DNA from: Chiloscyllium plagiosum
Lineage: Eukaryota
Reading direction: 5' to 3'
DNA: 20,000 nt
Assembly (NCBI RefSeq): GCF_004010195.1
Contig: NC_057749.1
Coordinates: 21,123,724 to 21,143,723, forward strand
This document shows positions 9,683 to 18,589 of the stretch, one piece after another; position 1 is the stretch's first letter; every line of letters starts with the position of its first letter. The position numbers and the translations under genes were made by a program. The notes below the pieces were generated by a model. That model was given only the letters and a program-made list of their open reading frames with translations, did not search any database and was not told the origin of the DNA.

Positions 9683-10328
9683 ACCAATTCCCTTTATCTA
9701 AGACCATTTCTCATTCTAGTAGCAAACATTGGTGATGTTGGATGGATTAGCTGCAATGAGTGGGAGGGACCCTGGCAGATTCACTCAAGCATGGCGTAGA
9801 CAATACAACAATCCCATGACAACGCGCAAACACCTCCAGGCAAATGCCTCTGTGAAATATCTTCAGGTCTCTTCCTGGTTTACATAAACACAGTGGTACA
9901 CCTCACAGTCACAGGGTGTACTGTTTTACTCGAAAAATGTATTAAGTCACGGCGCTTAACCGTTCTCAATAGTCACAGTCTGAGGTCAAATGCATGTTTA
10001 ACCCTCTCTGGGCCGTCAACAGCAAGATGCCCACTCAATGGATCCATGCACAACGACAGCTATGATCGATTGATCCAATTTTGGAAGTCACGGTCGCTCC
10101 TGGCTCTCAAAGCTCCATGCAACAAAATCAACAATGAGGAGGAGGAGGAGCATTGGTCATCAGGACGTCACGTTCAATAGACAGACACACTTTGACACGG
10201 AAGTTAACACATCATTGGAGAGCTCCGGCTGACACTGTGTGAATGGAGAGTGTGCCGTCAGGAATGGATCTCCATAACACACAACAGCAGAATCTCATCA
10301 ATCTCACTGAATAGCAGAGCAGACTCAA

Positions 10329-10446
10329 TGGGCTGAAAGGCCTGTTTCCACACTCTAGGGATTCTATGATATAGGAGCTGAAGGAGGCCATTATAGAATC
10401 ATATATCATAGAATCCCTAGAGTGTGGAAACAGGCCTTTCAGCCCA
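10329..10446. repeat. Perfect 45-bp inverted repeat with 28-bp spacer
   Basis: 10329-10373 (TGGGCTGAAAGGCCTGTTTCCACACTCTAGGGATTCTATGATATA) is the exact reverse complement of 10402-10446. Confidence 0.92.
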
Positions 10447-10597
10447 ACAAGTCCACACTAACCCTCTGAAGAGTAACCCACCCAGACTCATTCTCCCTAC
10501 CCTATATTCCCCCTGACTAAGGCAACCAACCGACACATCCCTGAACACTATGGCTGATTTAGCACAGACAATTCACCCTAACCTGCACATCTTCTGG
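10393..10597 (-). mobile_element. HE1-type SINE, 3' half
   Basis: CATAGAATCCCTAGAGTGTGGAAACAGGCC...GAAGAGTAACCCACCCAGAC...CCTAACCTGCACATCTT is homologous to 3210-3360. Confidence 0.85.
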
Positions 10598-10984
10598 TGG
10601 CTGGTATTGGTGTGTGGGGTGGGAAGCTTGTTTGAGAAGAGAGTACAGACGGTAACCAGTGGGTAACGTTTTTCTGCAAGGTAGGGAGCTTGTGCTCTTT
10701 ATAACAGTGTGCGTTACGTCTGTGAAATGTGACTGTGGGATCGTTTCAGAGAGAAAGAGGAAGTGTAAAGTACATTCAGAACTTTCATTGATTGTTAACA
10801 TACTCTGAGATTCAAAAGACAAAAAGCAATCTAACTGTAAAGTGATTTAAAAGATGTTCCTGAGATTACGTGGCCATTAACTTCAGAATTGCGTCATTAA
10901 ATTTAAATGACAAAAACAGCAGTTTCTCTGTACCGAACCAACTTCTGCTAGATCCCCTCCATTTCACCTTTATCTGACTCCAGA

Positions 10985-11347
10985 AGAGATTCAGACAACA
11001 CAGAGACAGACCCTTCAGTCCATCTCACCCATGCCAACCAAGTTTTATAAAAGCTAATCTAGTTCTATCTGCCTATGTTAGGCCCATGTCCTCCTAATCC
11101 TTTCCTATTTGTGTACCTGTCCAAATACTGTTTAAATGTTGTAACTCTACCTGCATTTACCAGATCATCTGGTGGCTCATTCCACACGCAATGCACCCAC
11201 TGTGTGAAAAAGTTGCCCCTCAGGTCCCGATCAAATCGTTCCCCCCTCACCTTAAAAATATGCTCGCTAGTTTTGAATTCCCCAACCTTAGAAAGAAAAC
11301 CTTTACTATTCACCTTATCTATGCCTCTCATGATTTTATAAACCTCA
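10985..11347 (-). mobile_element. CR1 (HER1-like) LINE 3' end
   Basis: ORF 11065..11331 reads MRGIDKVN...FKVRGERFDRDLRGNFFTQWVHCVWNEPP...FKQYLDRY. Confidence 0.88.
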
Positions 11348-11494
11348 ATAATATTATTGCCATTTATTCTGCCTCTAGTCCACGAACAGGAAGATTTCGG
11401 GCAACAATGGGTTACAACTGTATTTCATGTGCTCTCGCAAAAGGCATTCCCAATGGTATATCACACTATTCTCACAGTTTGGAATTAGCTTAGA

Positions 11495-11738
11495 CTCATA
11501 GAATCCCTAAAGTGTGAAGTAGGCCATTCAGCCAATCCAGCCCACTCTGACCCTCCAACGAGCATCCCACCCAGACCCACACTCCCACCCTGTATCCCTA
11601 CATTTCACAAGGCTAACACACCTAGCCGGCACATCCCTGGATATTATGGGCAATTTCCCATGGCTATTCCACCCGACTTGCACATCTTCGGACTGTGGGA
11701 GGAAACCGGAGCACCAAGGAAACCCACGCAAGCACAGG
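11495..11738 (-). mobile_element. HE1-type SINE lacking the tRNA head
   Basis: CATAGAATCCCTAAAGTGTG...TGCACATCTTCGGACTGTGGGAGGAAACCGGAGCACC...AAACCCACGCA. Confidence 0.85.
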
Positions 11739-11900
11739 CAACTTCTGCCAATCTGATCAATGACAAGCAAATCTGAGAATCTCAAACAGAGGAAAAGACA
11801 TTGTGGCTGCTGAGAGACTGAGACATACTCCAGAAATACCACATGCATCAGTGCATCTGACAACATACATTACCCATTAGATAGAGAAAGAATCCCAAGC

Positions 11901-12199
11901 AAGGGTCAGCACCCGTCAGGCACCAGCGAGGGTCAGCACCCGTCAGGCACCAGCGAGGGTCAGCACCCGTCAGGCACCCAGCGAGGGTCAGCACCCGTCA
12001 GGCATCAGCGAGGGTCAGCACCCATCAGGAACCAGTGAGGGTCAGCACCCGTCAGGCACCAGCGAGGGTCAGCACCCGTCAGACACCAGTGAGGGTCAGC
12101 ACCCGTCAGGCACCAGTGAGGGTCAGCACCCGTCAGGAACCAGCGAGGGTCAGCACCCGTCAGGAACCAGCGAGGGTCAGCACCCGTCAGGCACCAGCA
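11901..12199. repeat. 27-bp minisatellite, 11 copies
   Basis: Unit GAGGGTCAGCACCCGTCAGGCACCAGC with few variants. One unit has a 1-bp insertion. Confidence 0.95.
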
Positions 12200-12715
12200 A
12201 GTGTTAATATCCATCAAAAGCAACACACAGTATGAAACAAACCACATGCCCCTTGACTCTGTGGTTGACATGCTCCACAGCAATACAGCTTCGATGAAAG
12301 TCACTGAACCTAGTCACTTCTCTCCCAAGATGAGTCATTTCACCACTGTTCACCAACAAGAGACTGCGACAAGCAACTCCTTTTCAAAGGTTGTGATTTT
12401 CACTGGATCTGGCTATTGAAGTATATACTTGCTAATAACCAAATGCACAATTGGTAGATTCCCCTCCCGCTGCTTGGAGGCAGATCTTCAATCAGAAAGG
12501 AAACTGCTGACCTACATTTTAACAAGCATCTTAACAAATAATTTGAAAAAGGAATTGTTTCTCCCTTCTGCAGAAGGTCCACCCTCTGTTGATGCAACTA
12601 CATGCATTTATACAGACACTTTAACACGCTAACAGGTCCCCTTTGTGCTGTCAGGGCTGGCTGTGGTGTATTGGTAATGGCAGTGGTTTAGTCACTGGAT
12701 TTGCTGATGTTCTGG

Positions 12716-13168
12716 GGTCACCCCTCAGCCTCCGACGATCTAAGGAAAACAGCCCCAGCGATTTCACCCTCTCCCTATAGCTCAAACCCTCCAACCCTGG
12801 CAACATTCTTGTAAATCTTTTCTGCACCCTTTCAAGTTTCACACAATCCTTCTGATAGAAGTGCAGAAAATGTGTTGCTGGAAAAGCGCAGCAGGTCAGG
12901 CAGCATCCAAGGAGCAGGAGAATCAACGTTTCGGGCATGAGCCCTTCTTCGGGAATGAGGGAGAATCGACGTTTCGGGCATGAGCCCCTTCTTCAGGAAT
13001 GAGGCGGAGAATCATGAAGAAGGGCTCATGCCTGAAACGTCGATTCTCCTGTTCCCTGGATGCTGCCTGACCTGCTGCGCTTTTCCAGCAACACATTTTC
13101 AGCTCTGATCTCCAGCATCTGCAGTCCTCACTTTCTCCTGAGAGAAGTGCAACCAGAATTACACGTAA
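12716..13168 (-). mobile_element. CR1 ORF2 fragment split by a PLE insertion
   Basis: ORF segment YQKDCVKLERVQKRFTRMLPGLEGLSYRER...LGLFSLDRRRLRGD (12716-12865). It resumes as ACCAGAATTACACG after 13151. Confidence 0.85.
12866..13137. mobile_element. Palindromic Penelope-type terminal-repeat insertion with three hammerhead-like motifs
   Basis: 12866-12950 is an inverted copy of ~13016-13100, with an internal ~44-bp tandem duplication. It is flanked by CTGATAGAAGTGCA (12852-12865) and CTGAGAGAAGTGCA (13138-13151). Same repeat family as 15028-15125. Confidence 0.85.
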
Positions 13169-13174
13169 TGAATT

Positions 13175-13250
13175 GCTCTCTCTCCATGGACGCTGTCTGA
13201 CCCGCTGTGATCTCCAGCATTTGTTGTTTTCAGTACAGATTGCAGCCTGT
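13175..13250 (+). mobile_element. PLE tail fragment
   Basis: GACGCTGTCTGACCCGCTGTGATCTCCAGCATTTGTTGTTTTCAG resembles the PLE tail at 13060-13120. Confidence 0.5.
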
Positions 13251-13494
13251 GCTCCTATCCCTGTGAATCCCAAACTCCCTCTGGGTAATAACAGCCGGCC
13301 CAGCTCACATCCCCGGAAAGAATTTGTTATCGAGTCACTGTCAGGGCAGGTATCCAGAAGCCTGGTTAAAGACACGGATTCTAAGGCAGGTCTTAGGGAA
13401 GAGAGAGGTGGAGTGGTGCAGTGAGACAGTTCTGGGTGGGGGCTTTGCTGTTTTACACCACCCACCCAGGATCACAACGCAAACTCAAGCATAA

Positions 13495-13655
13495 TTTAGA
13501 GATGCCGGTGTTGGACTGGGGGGGTATACAAAGTTAAAAATCACACAACACCAGGTTATAGACCAACAGGCTTAATTGGAAGCACTAGCTTTCGGAGCGC
13601 TGCTCCTTCGTTAGACCGGTCAGACTATAACCTGGTGTTGTGTGATTTTTAACTT
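13495..13655. mobile_element. Miniature Penelope-type element with perfect 31-bp inverted repeats and a degenerate hammerhead
   Basis: 13531-13561 is the reverse complement of 13625-13655. Minus strand 13585-13614 reads CTAACGA-A-GGAGC-AGC-GCTCC-GAAA-GCTA. Confidence 0.75.
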
Positions 13656-14019
13656 CATACTCCAAGCAGTCAGCAGCCACATTGTATACACTACTACACC
13701 ACCCACTGCCCCACCCTCACTCATTCCCCTTGACGTGTCACCGTTTTAGAGTGCCACACTGCAGAGAGAGCAAACCCAACTCACCCTGGGGAGGAGGGAG
13801 CAGAGTTGGAAAGACAGGGGGTGAGGGACAACGTTGTGGGGGGGGGGGTGTTGTTGTCACAGCACATTGTTGAAGCTGTTTAAACAAGAAGAAAGCATTT
13901 GGAGTCCCAGGCTTAGAGCAAGCAAGGTCAGTAGTCAGGCCTCAGCTGGGCTGGTGTGTGTCAGCCTGGGGCAACACCTTGTGAAACAGGGTCAAATCCT
14001 TCCAGGGAACACAGAGCAG

Positions 14020-14770
14020 ACTCCCCCTTCAAAACAGCAAAGGTGAGGGGGTGGATTCTTGGAAAGCTGGGGATGTCCTCTGCTGAGATGGTTACGGGAG
14101 GGGGAATGTTTAACCAGGGGGTGAAGGATTTAGTGAATGGGAAGGCAGTATTTCCACCAGCAGGAAGGTTAGAACACAGCTTTACGCTACTTGACAGGAA
14201 AATGAGACAGTTGGCGAGGTTTCTGTTATCACATCAACACACATCAGGGGACAGTGGAAGCAGCAATGGTATCTTACAGAATTAGATACATATTAAGGGC
14301 GGCACGGTGCCTCAGTGGTTAGCACTGCTGCCTCACAGGGACCTGGTTCGATTCCAGCCTCGGGTGACTGACTGTGTGGAGTTTGCACATTCTCCCTGTG
14401 TCTGCATAGTTTTCCTCTGAGTGCTCTGGTTTCCTCCCACAGTACAAAGGCGTGCAGGTCAGGGTGAATTGGCCATGCTAAATTGCCCATAGCATTCAGG
14501 GATGTGTCGGTTGGGTGCATTAGTCAGGGGAAATGTATGGTAATAGGATAGGGGAATGGCACTGGGTGGGTTACTCTTCGGAGGATCAGTGTGGACGTAT
14601 TGGGCCGAAGGGCCTGTTTCCACACTGTAGGGATTCTACAATCCTATATATATGAAGAGGTAACTTTTACAGGGTAATATTGGAACAGTAGGCTGCTGGA
14701 ACAAATTGTGAAGTTCTTGTGAAGAGCCAGTACAGGCCGAATGGCCTCCTTTTGGGCTGCGATGCTTTAT
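14020..14770 (+). mobile_element. Highly decayed CR1 3' region split by an HE1 SINE
   Basis: GVKDLVNGKAVFPPAGRLEHSF resembles the CR1 C-terminus. The tail GAAGAGCCAGTACAGGCCGAATGGCCTCCTT lies at 14721-14752. Confidence 0.55.
14297..14647 (+). mobile_element. HE1-type SINE, full length
   Basis: GGGCGGCACGGTGCCTCAGTGGTTAGCAC (A box), GGTTCGATTCC (B box), V-domain and tail GGGCCGAAGGGCCTGTTTCCACACTGTAGGGATTCTA. Confidence 0.92.
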
Positions 14771-15083
14771 ATAAAGGTTCAACGATTAACAAGAGGCAGA
14801 ACGGTAATGTGTACTTGCTGTTCTACTCGGGTATTTGCAGACTGTAGCGTATCACACAACCTGCGTATTACTGAAATCAGGGACTTATCAGGGTACCCAC
14901 AGACAGTGCATCCACACAGGCTGAACAGGCAGCTTCCAGCACCTACACACACAACCCCAACCTGCAGTCAGACACAAAACTCTGCACAGAATGATCACCT
15001 GTAATGCAGGTGTATAGTCCCAAGCAGCTGAAAATGTGTTGCTGGAAAAGCGCAGCAGGTCAGGCAGCATCCAGGGAACAGGA

Positions 15084-15120
15084 GAATCGACGTTTCAGGC
15101 ATAAGCCCTTCTTCAGGAAT
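15084..15120 (-). ncRNA. Minimal hammerhead ribozyme motif in the PLE 3' repeat
   Basis: Minus strand reads ATTC-CTGAAGA-A-GGGC-TTAT-GCCT-GAAA-CGTC-GATTC. Confidence 0.6.
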
Positions 15121-15244
15121 GAGGAAAGTTTGTCCAGCAGGCTAAGATAAAAGGTAGGGAGGAGGGACTTGGGGGAGGGGCGTTGGAAATGTGATAGGTG
15201 GAAAGAGGTCAAGGTGAGGGTGATGGGTCAGACTGGGGTGGGGG

Positions 15245-15829
15245 NNNNNNNNNNNNNNNNNNNNNNNNNNNNNNNNNNNNNNNNNNNNNNNNNNNNNNNN
15301 NNNNNNNNNNNNNNNNNNNNNNNNNNNNNNNNNNNNNNNNNNNNNNNNNNNNNNNNNNNNNNNNNNNNNNNNNNNNNNNNNNNNNNNNNNNNNNNNNNNN
15401 NNNNNNNNNNNNNNNNNNNNNNNNNNNNNNNNNNNNNNNNNNNNNNNNNNNNNNNNNNNNNNNNNNNNNNNNNNNNNNNNNNNNNNNNNNNNNNNNNNNN
15501 NNNNNNNNNNNNNNNNNNNNNNNNNNNNNNNNNNNNNNNNNNNNNNNNNNNNNNNNNNNNNNNNNNNNNNNNNNNNNNNNNNNNNNNNNNNNNNNNNNNN
15601 NNNNNNNNNNNNNNNNNNNNNNNNNNNNNNNNNNNNNNNNNNNNNNNNNNNNNNNNNNNNNNNNNNNNNNNNNNNNNNNNNNNNNNNNNNNNNNNNNNNN
15701 NNNNNNNNNNNNNNNNNNNNNNNNNNNNNNNNNNNNNNNNNNNNNNNNNNNNNNNNNNNNNNNNNNNNNNNNNNNNNNNNNNNNNNNNNNNNNNNNNNNN
15801 NNNNNNNNNNNNNNNNNNNNNNNNNNNNN
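15245..15829. other. Assembly gap
   Basis: Run of N. Confidence 1.
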
Positions 15830-16310
15830 GGTGGAGGGGATCGTCGACCACGTCGGGGGGGAACTTGCGGTCCTTGAAGAAGGAGGCCATCTGGGATGTG
15901 ATTTTTTGGAACTGGTCCTCCTGGGAGCAGATGCGGCGGGGTCGAAGGAATTGGGAGAATGGGATGGCGTTTTTACAGGGGGCAGGATGGGAGGAGGTGT
16001 AGTCCAGTTAGCTGTGGGAGTCGGTCGGTTTGTAGTAGATGTCCGTGTTGATTCGGTCGCCTGAGGTAGAAATAGATAGGTCGAGGAAGGGGAGGGAGGA
16101 ATCTGAGACTGTCCAGGTGAATTTGAGGTCGGGGTGGAAGGTGTTGGTGAAGTGGATGAACTGTTCAACCTCCTCGTGGGAGCATGAGGTGGCGCCGATA
16201 CAGTCATCGATGTAGCGGAGGAAAAGGTGGGGGGTGGGGCCAGTGTAGTTGCGGAAGATGGATTGTTCCACATATCCTACGAAGAGGCAGGCATAGCTGG
16301 GGCCCATGCG
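15830..16310 (-). pseudogene. PLE reverse transcriptase fragment (YIDD catalytic motif)
   Basis: MGPSYACLFVGYVEQ...FLRYIDDCIG...FHPDLKFT...LPFLDLSI...TDIYYKPTDSHS*LDYTSSHP..CKNAIPFSQFLR.RRICS. There is one in-frame stop at 16008-16010. Confidence 0.92.
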
Positions 16311-16403
16311 TGAGTGCATCATAGACAACTCCTCGGTTATATACATGGACCTGTCAGACATCAGACGGACAGCACTTCATAACAGCTAGATTTATGTAAC
16401 ATA

Positions 16404-16903
16404 NNNNNNNNNNNNNNNNNNNNNNNNNNNNNNNNNNNNNNNNNNNNNNNNNNNNNNNNNNNNNNNNNNNNNNNNNNNNNNNNNNNNNNNNNNNNNNNNN
16501 NNNNNNNNNNNNNNNNNNNNNNNNNNNNNNNNNNNNNNNNNNNNNNNNNNNNNNNNNNNNNNNNNNNNNNNNNNNNNNNNNNNNNNNNNNNNNNNNNNNN
16601 NNNNNNNNNNNNNNNNNNNNNNNNNNNNNNNNNNNNNNNNNNNNNNNNNNNNNNNNNNNNNNNNNNNNNNNNNNNNNNNNNNNNNNNNNNNNNNNNNNNN
16701 NNNNNNNNNNNNNNNNNNNNNNNNNNNNNNNNNNNNNNNNNNNNNNNNNNNNNNNNNNNNNNNNNNNNNNNNNNNNNNNNNNNNNNNNNNNNNNNNNNNN
16801 NNNNNNNNNNNNNNNNNNNNNNNNNNNNNNNNNNNNNNNNNNNNNNNNNNNNNNNNNNNNNNNNNNNNNNNNNNNNNNNNNNNNNNNNNNNNNNNNNNNN
16901 NNN
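16404..16903. other. Assembly gap
   Basis: Run of N. Confidence 1.
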
Positions 16904-17165
16904 ATGTTAACACTAACCACACCTATCACACTTCCATTAGCCAGTTCGGGAGAGACGATTATTTAAGGGATACAGAAAGATTATTTTATGCTGCACTGTT
17001 ATAATATTTACCCAGACATTGAATGGAAGGACAATACACCATACGAGGTGACCATTCGACACACTGAACCCTCCACCAGTCCAGTCAACCCCACACGTGC
17101 CTGCCTTCCTACAAATTTATTTCCCCTCCCAGTACTTATCCCATTTTTCTTTGTGAGTTTTTTTT

Positions 17166-17332
17166 AAGATTAGATTTCCTATAGTGTGGAAACAGACCCT
17201 TCGGCCCAAGCAGTCCACACCAACCCTCCAAAGAGTAACCCACCCAGACCCATTTCCCTCTGACTAATGCACATAACACTATGGGCAATTTAGCATGACC
17301 AATTCATCCTAACCTGCACATCTTTGGCCTGT
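17166..17332 (-). mobile_element. HE1-type SINE, 3' half
   Basis: AGATTAGATTTCCTATAGTGTGGAAACAGACCCTTCGGCCC...CCTAACCTGCACATCTTTGG closely matches 3201-3362. Confidence 0.88.
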
Positions 17333-17574
17333 CCTGAATCTACCCCCTTTAAAGCAACACATTACAAATCCTAACCACTTGCTGCAGATCAGAATATTAT
17401 TGCTGGTTTAGTTTTTATTCAATCACATTAATTCCAGGTCATTTGGATATTGACAAAGCCAGCCATTCAGAACGGCATCTCTTTATTTATTCCCCTTAAT
17501 TTCAGAACTTTTTAAAAAATTATCTGATTGCTGTCTGCACTAAGTTCTGCAAAACCTAATCACAGCCCAAGCCA

Positions 17575-18312
17575 GAGGTTCGGATTAATACGCTGGAGAC
17601 ACGATTTTCAAATCGCATTGTGTCAATTCAATTGATGTCAATCTAGGATTGGACGTGAGTCTCAGGGTCTGTGACTGTGACAGCATTCGTCAATTTTCGC
17701 ATAAACCCATCTGGTTCACTAATGCCCCGTGGGGTGGGAAACCCATCGTCCTTACCCAGTCTGGGCCACTGCTCTCACTAACCCTGTGCAGCCCACTGTA
17801 AGGTCCCACACTATCTGCGAGCTGACACGTTGATTTCTGGGATCATCAATTCGCACGGACCTTGTAGACCCGCACACAAAAACAAAAGGTTGGAGGGAGT
17901 ACCGGCCCTCTGAGATATCCCCAGCAAGCTGTTCAGTTCCTCAAAACGGCAGGGACCCAGCATCAATTCCAGCCTGGGCTGACTGTCCATGTGGCGCTTG
18001 CATATCCTCCCCGTAGGTTTCCTCCGGGTGCTCCGGTTTCCTCCCACAGTCCAAAGAAGTTAAGGCTAGGGTGGACAGGCCGTGCTAAACTGCCTCATAG
18101 TGTCCAGGGATGTGCATGCTCAGTGGGTTCACTAAAGGTCAATGTGCAATTATGGGATACGTTAGGGATCTGGGTGGGATGCTTTTCGAAGGGTTGGTGA
18201 AGATCCAACGGGCCAAATGGCCTCTTTGCGTATTAATTCTATGTAGAGGAAATCAGGAACAGCCACCCAATGCTGGATCTGCCAGTGACACTCACATCCC
18301 GTGTTAGAATAA
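17575..18312 (+). mobile_element. Old SINE sharing the 3' tail of the LINE at 1-624, split by an HE1 SINE
   Basis: AAACCCATCTGGTTCACTAATGCC...CCTTACCCAGTCTGG, GCCCTCTGAGATATCCCCAGCAAGC and tail AATGCTGGATCTGCCAGTGACACTCACATCCC..AATAAA (18269-18312). Confidence 0.55.
17950..18243 (+). mobile_element. HE1-type SINE, diverged
   Basis: GGTTTCCTCCGGGTGCTCCGGTTTCCTCCCACAGTCCAAAG...GGCCGTGCTAAACTGCC...GGGCCAAATGGCCT. Confidence 0.85.
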
Positions 18313-18589
18313 AGACAAAGGAGGTCAAAAACAACCAAAACTTAAAACACATTTTACACCGCACAAAGACTTTCTTAAAATGGAATGTCATATTTATTCC
18401 ACTCATTCACTCACTCCCTCAGAATGATTCCTGACTAAACAATAAGGATGTGGAATCCCTCACCATCATTAATGTAGCTTCATCAAAGTAAATTGGCATT
18501 GGTACCAGTGAGAGTTAGAAAGGATGGGTGCAGGTAAACTCAGGTAAATACTGAGGGAGCTCTGCACTGCTCAGCTGGGAGCTACAGGT

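Larger units (their letters stand above)
15028..16310 (-). mobile_element. 5'-truncated Penelope-like element (Neptune-like) spanning an assembly gap
   Basis: RT fragment at 15830-16310 and a pLTR/tail with hammerhead at 15028-15244 are in the same orientation. Continuity across the N gap is inferred. Confidence 0.8.

Noticed and set aside
9886..9927. Hairpin with a CACAGTG RSS-like heptamer
   Set aside because: The stem is short and bulged, and there is no nonamer at 12- or 23-bp spacing.
10155..10222. C/D snoRNA-like minus-strand segment (ATGATGT...CTGA)
   Set aside because: The C box is imperfect, there is no terminal stem and I recognise no rRNA guide.
12005..12304. Repeat-protein ORFs (LTGADPRWF)n / (RVSTRQAPA)n
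   Set aside because: These are a by-product of a 27-bp unit open in several frames. A 1-bp insertion in one unit breaks the frame, and there is no splice or gene context.
13956..14285. 109-aa ORF with an AAG|GTGAGG donor-like site
   Set aside because: Largely explained by decayed CR1 sequence, with no recognisable host protein.
14297..14370. tRNA gene
   Set aside because: The A/B boxes belong to the HE1 SINE head, run into the V-domain and form no full cloverleaf.
15169..16929. Long ORFs of 176-354 aa
   Set aside because: Artefacts of translating through N runs.
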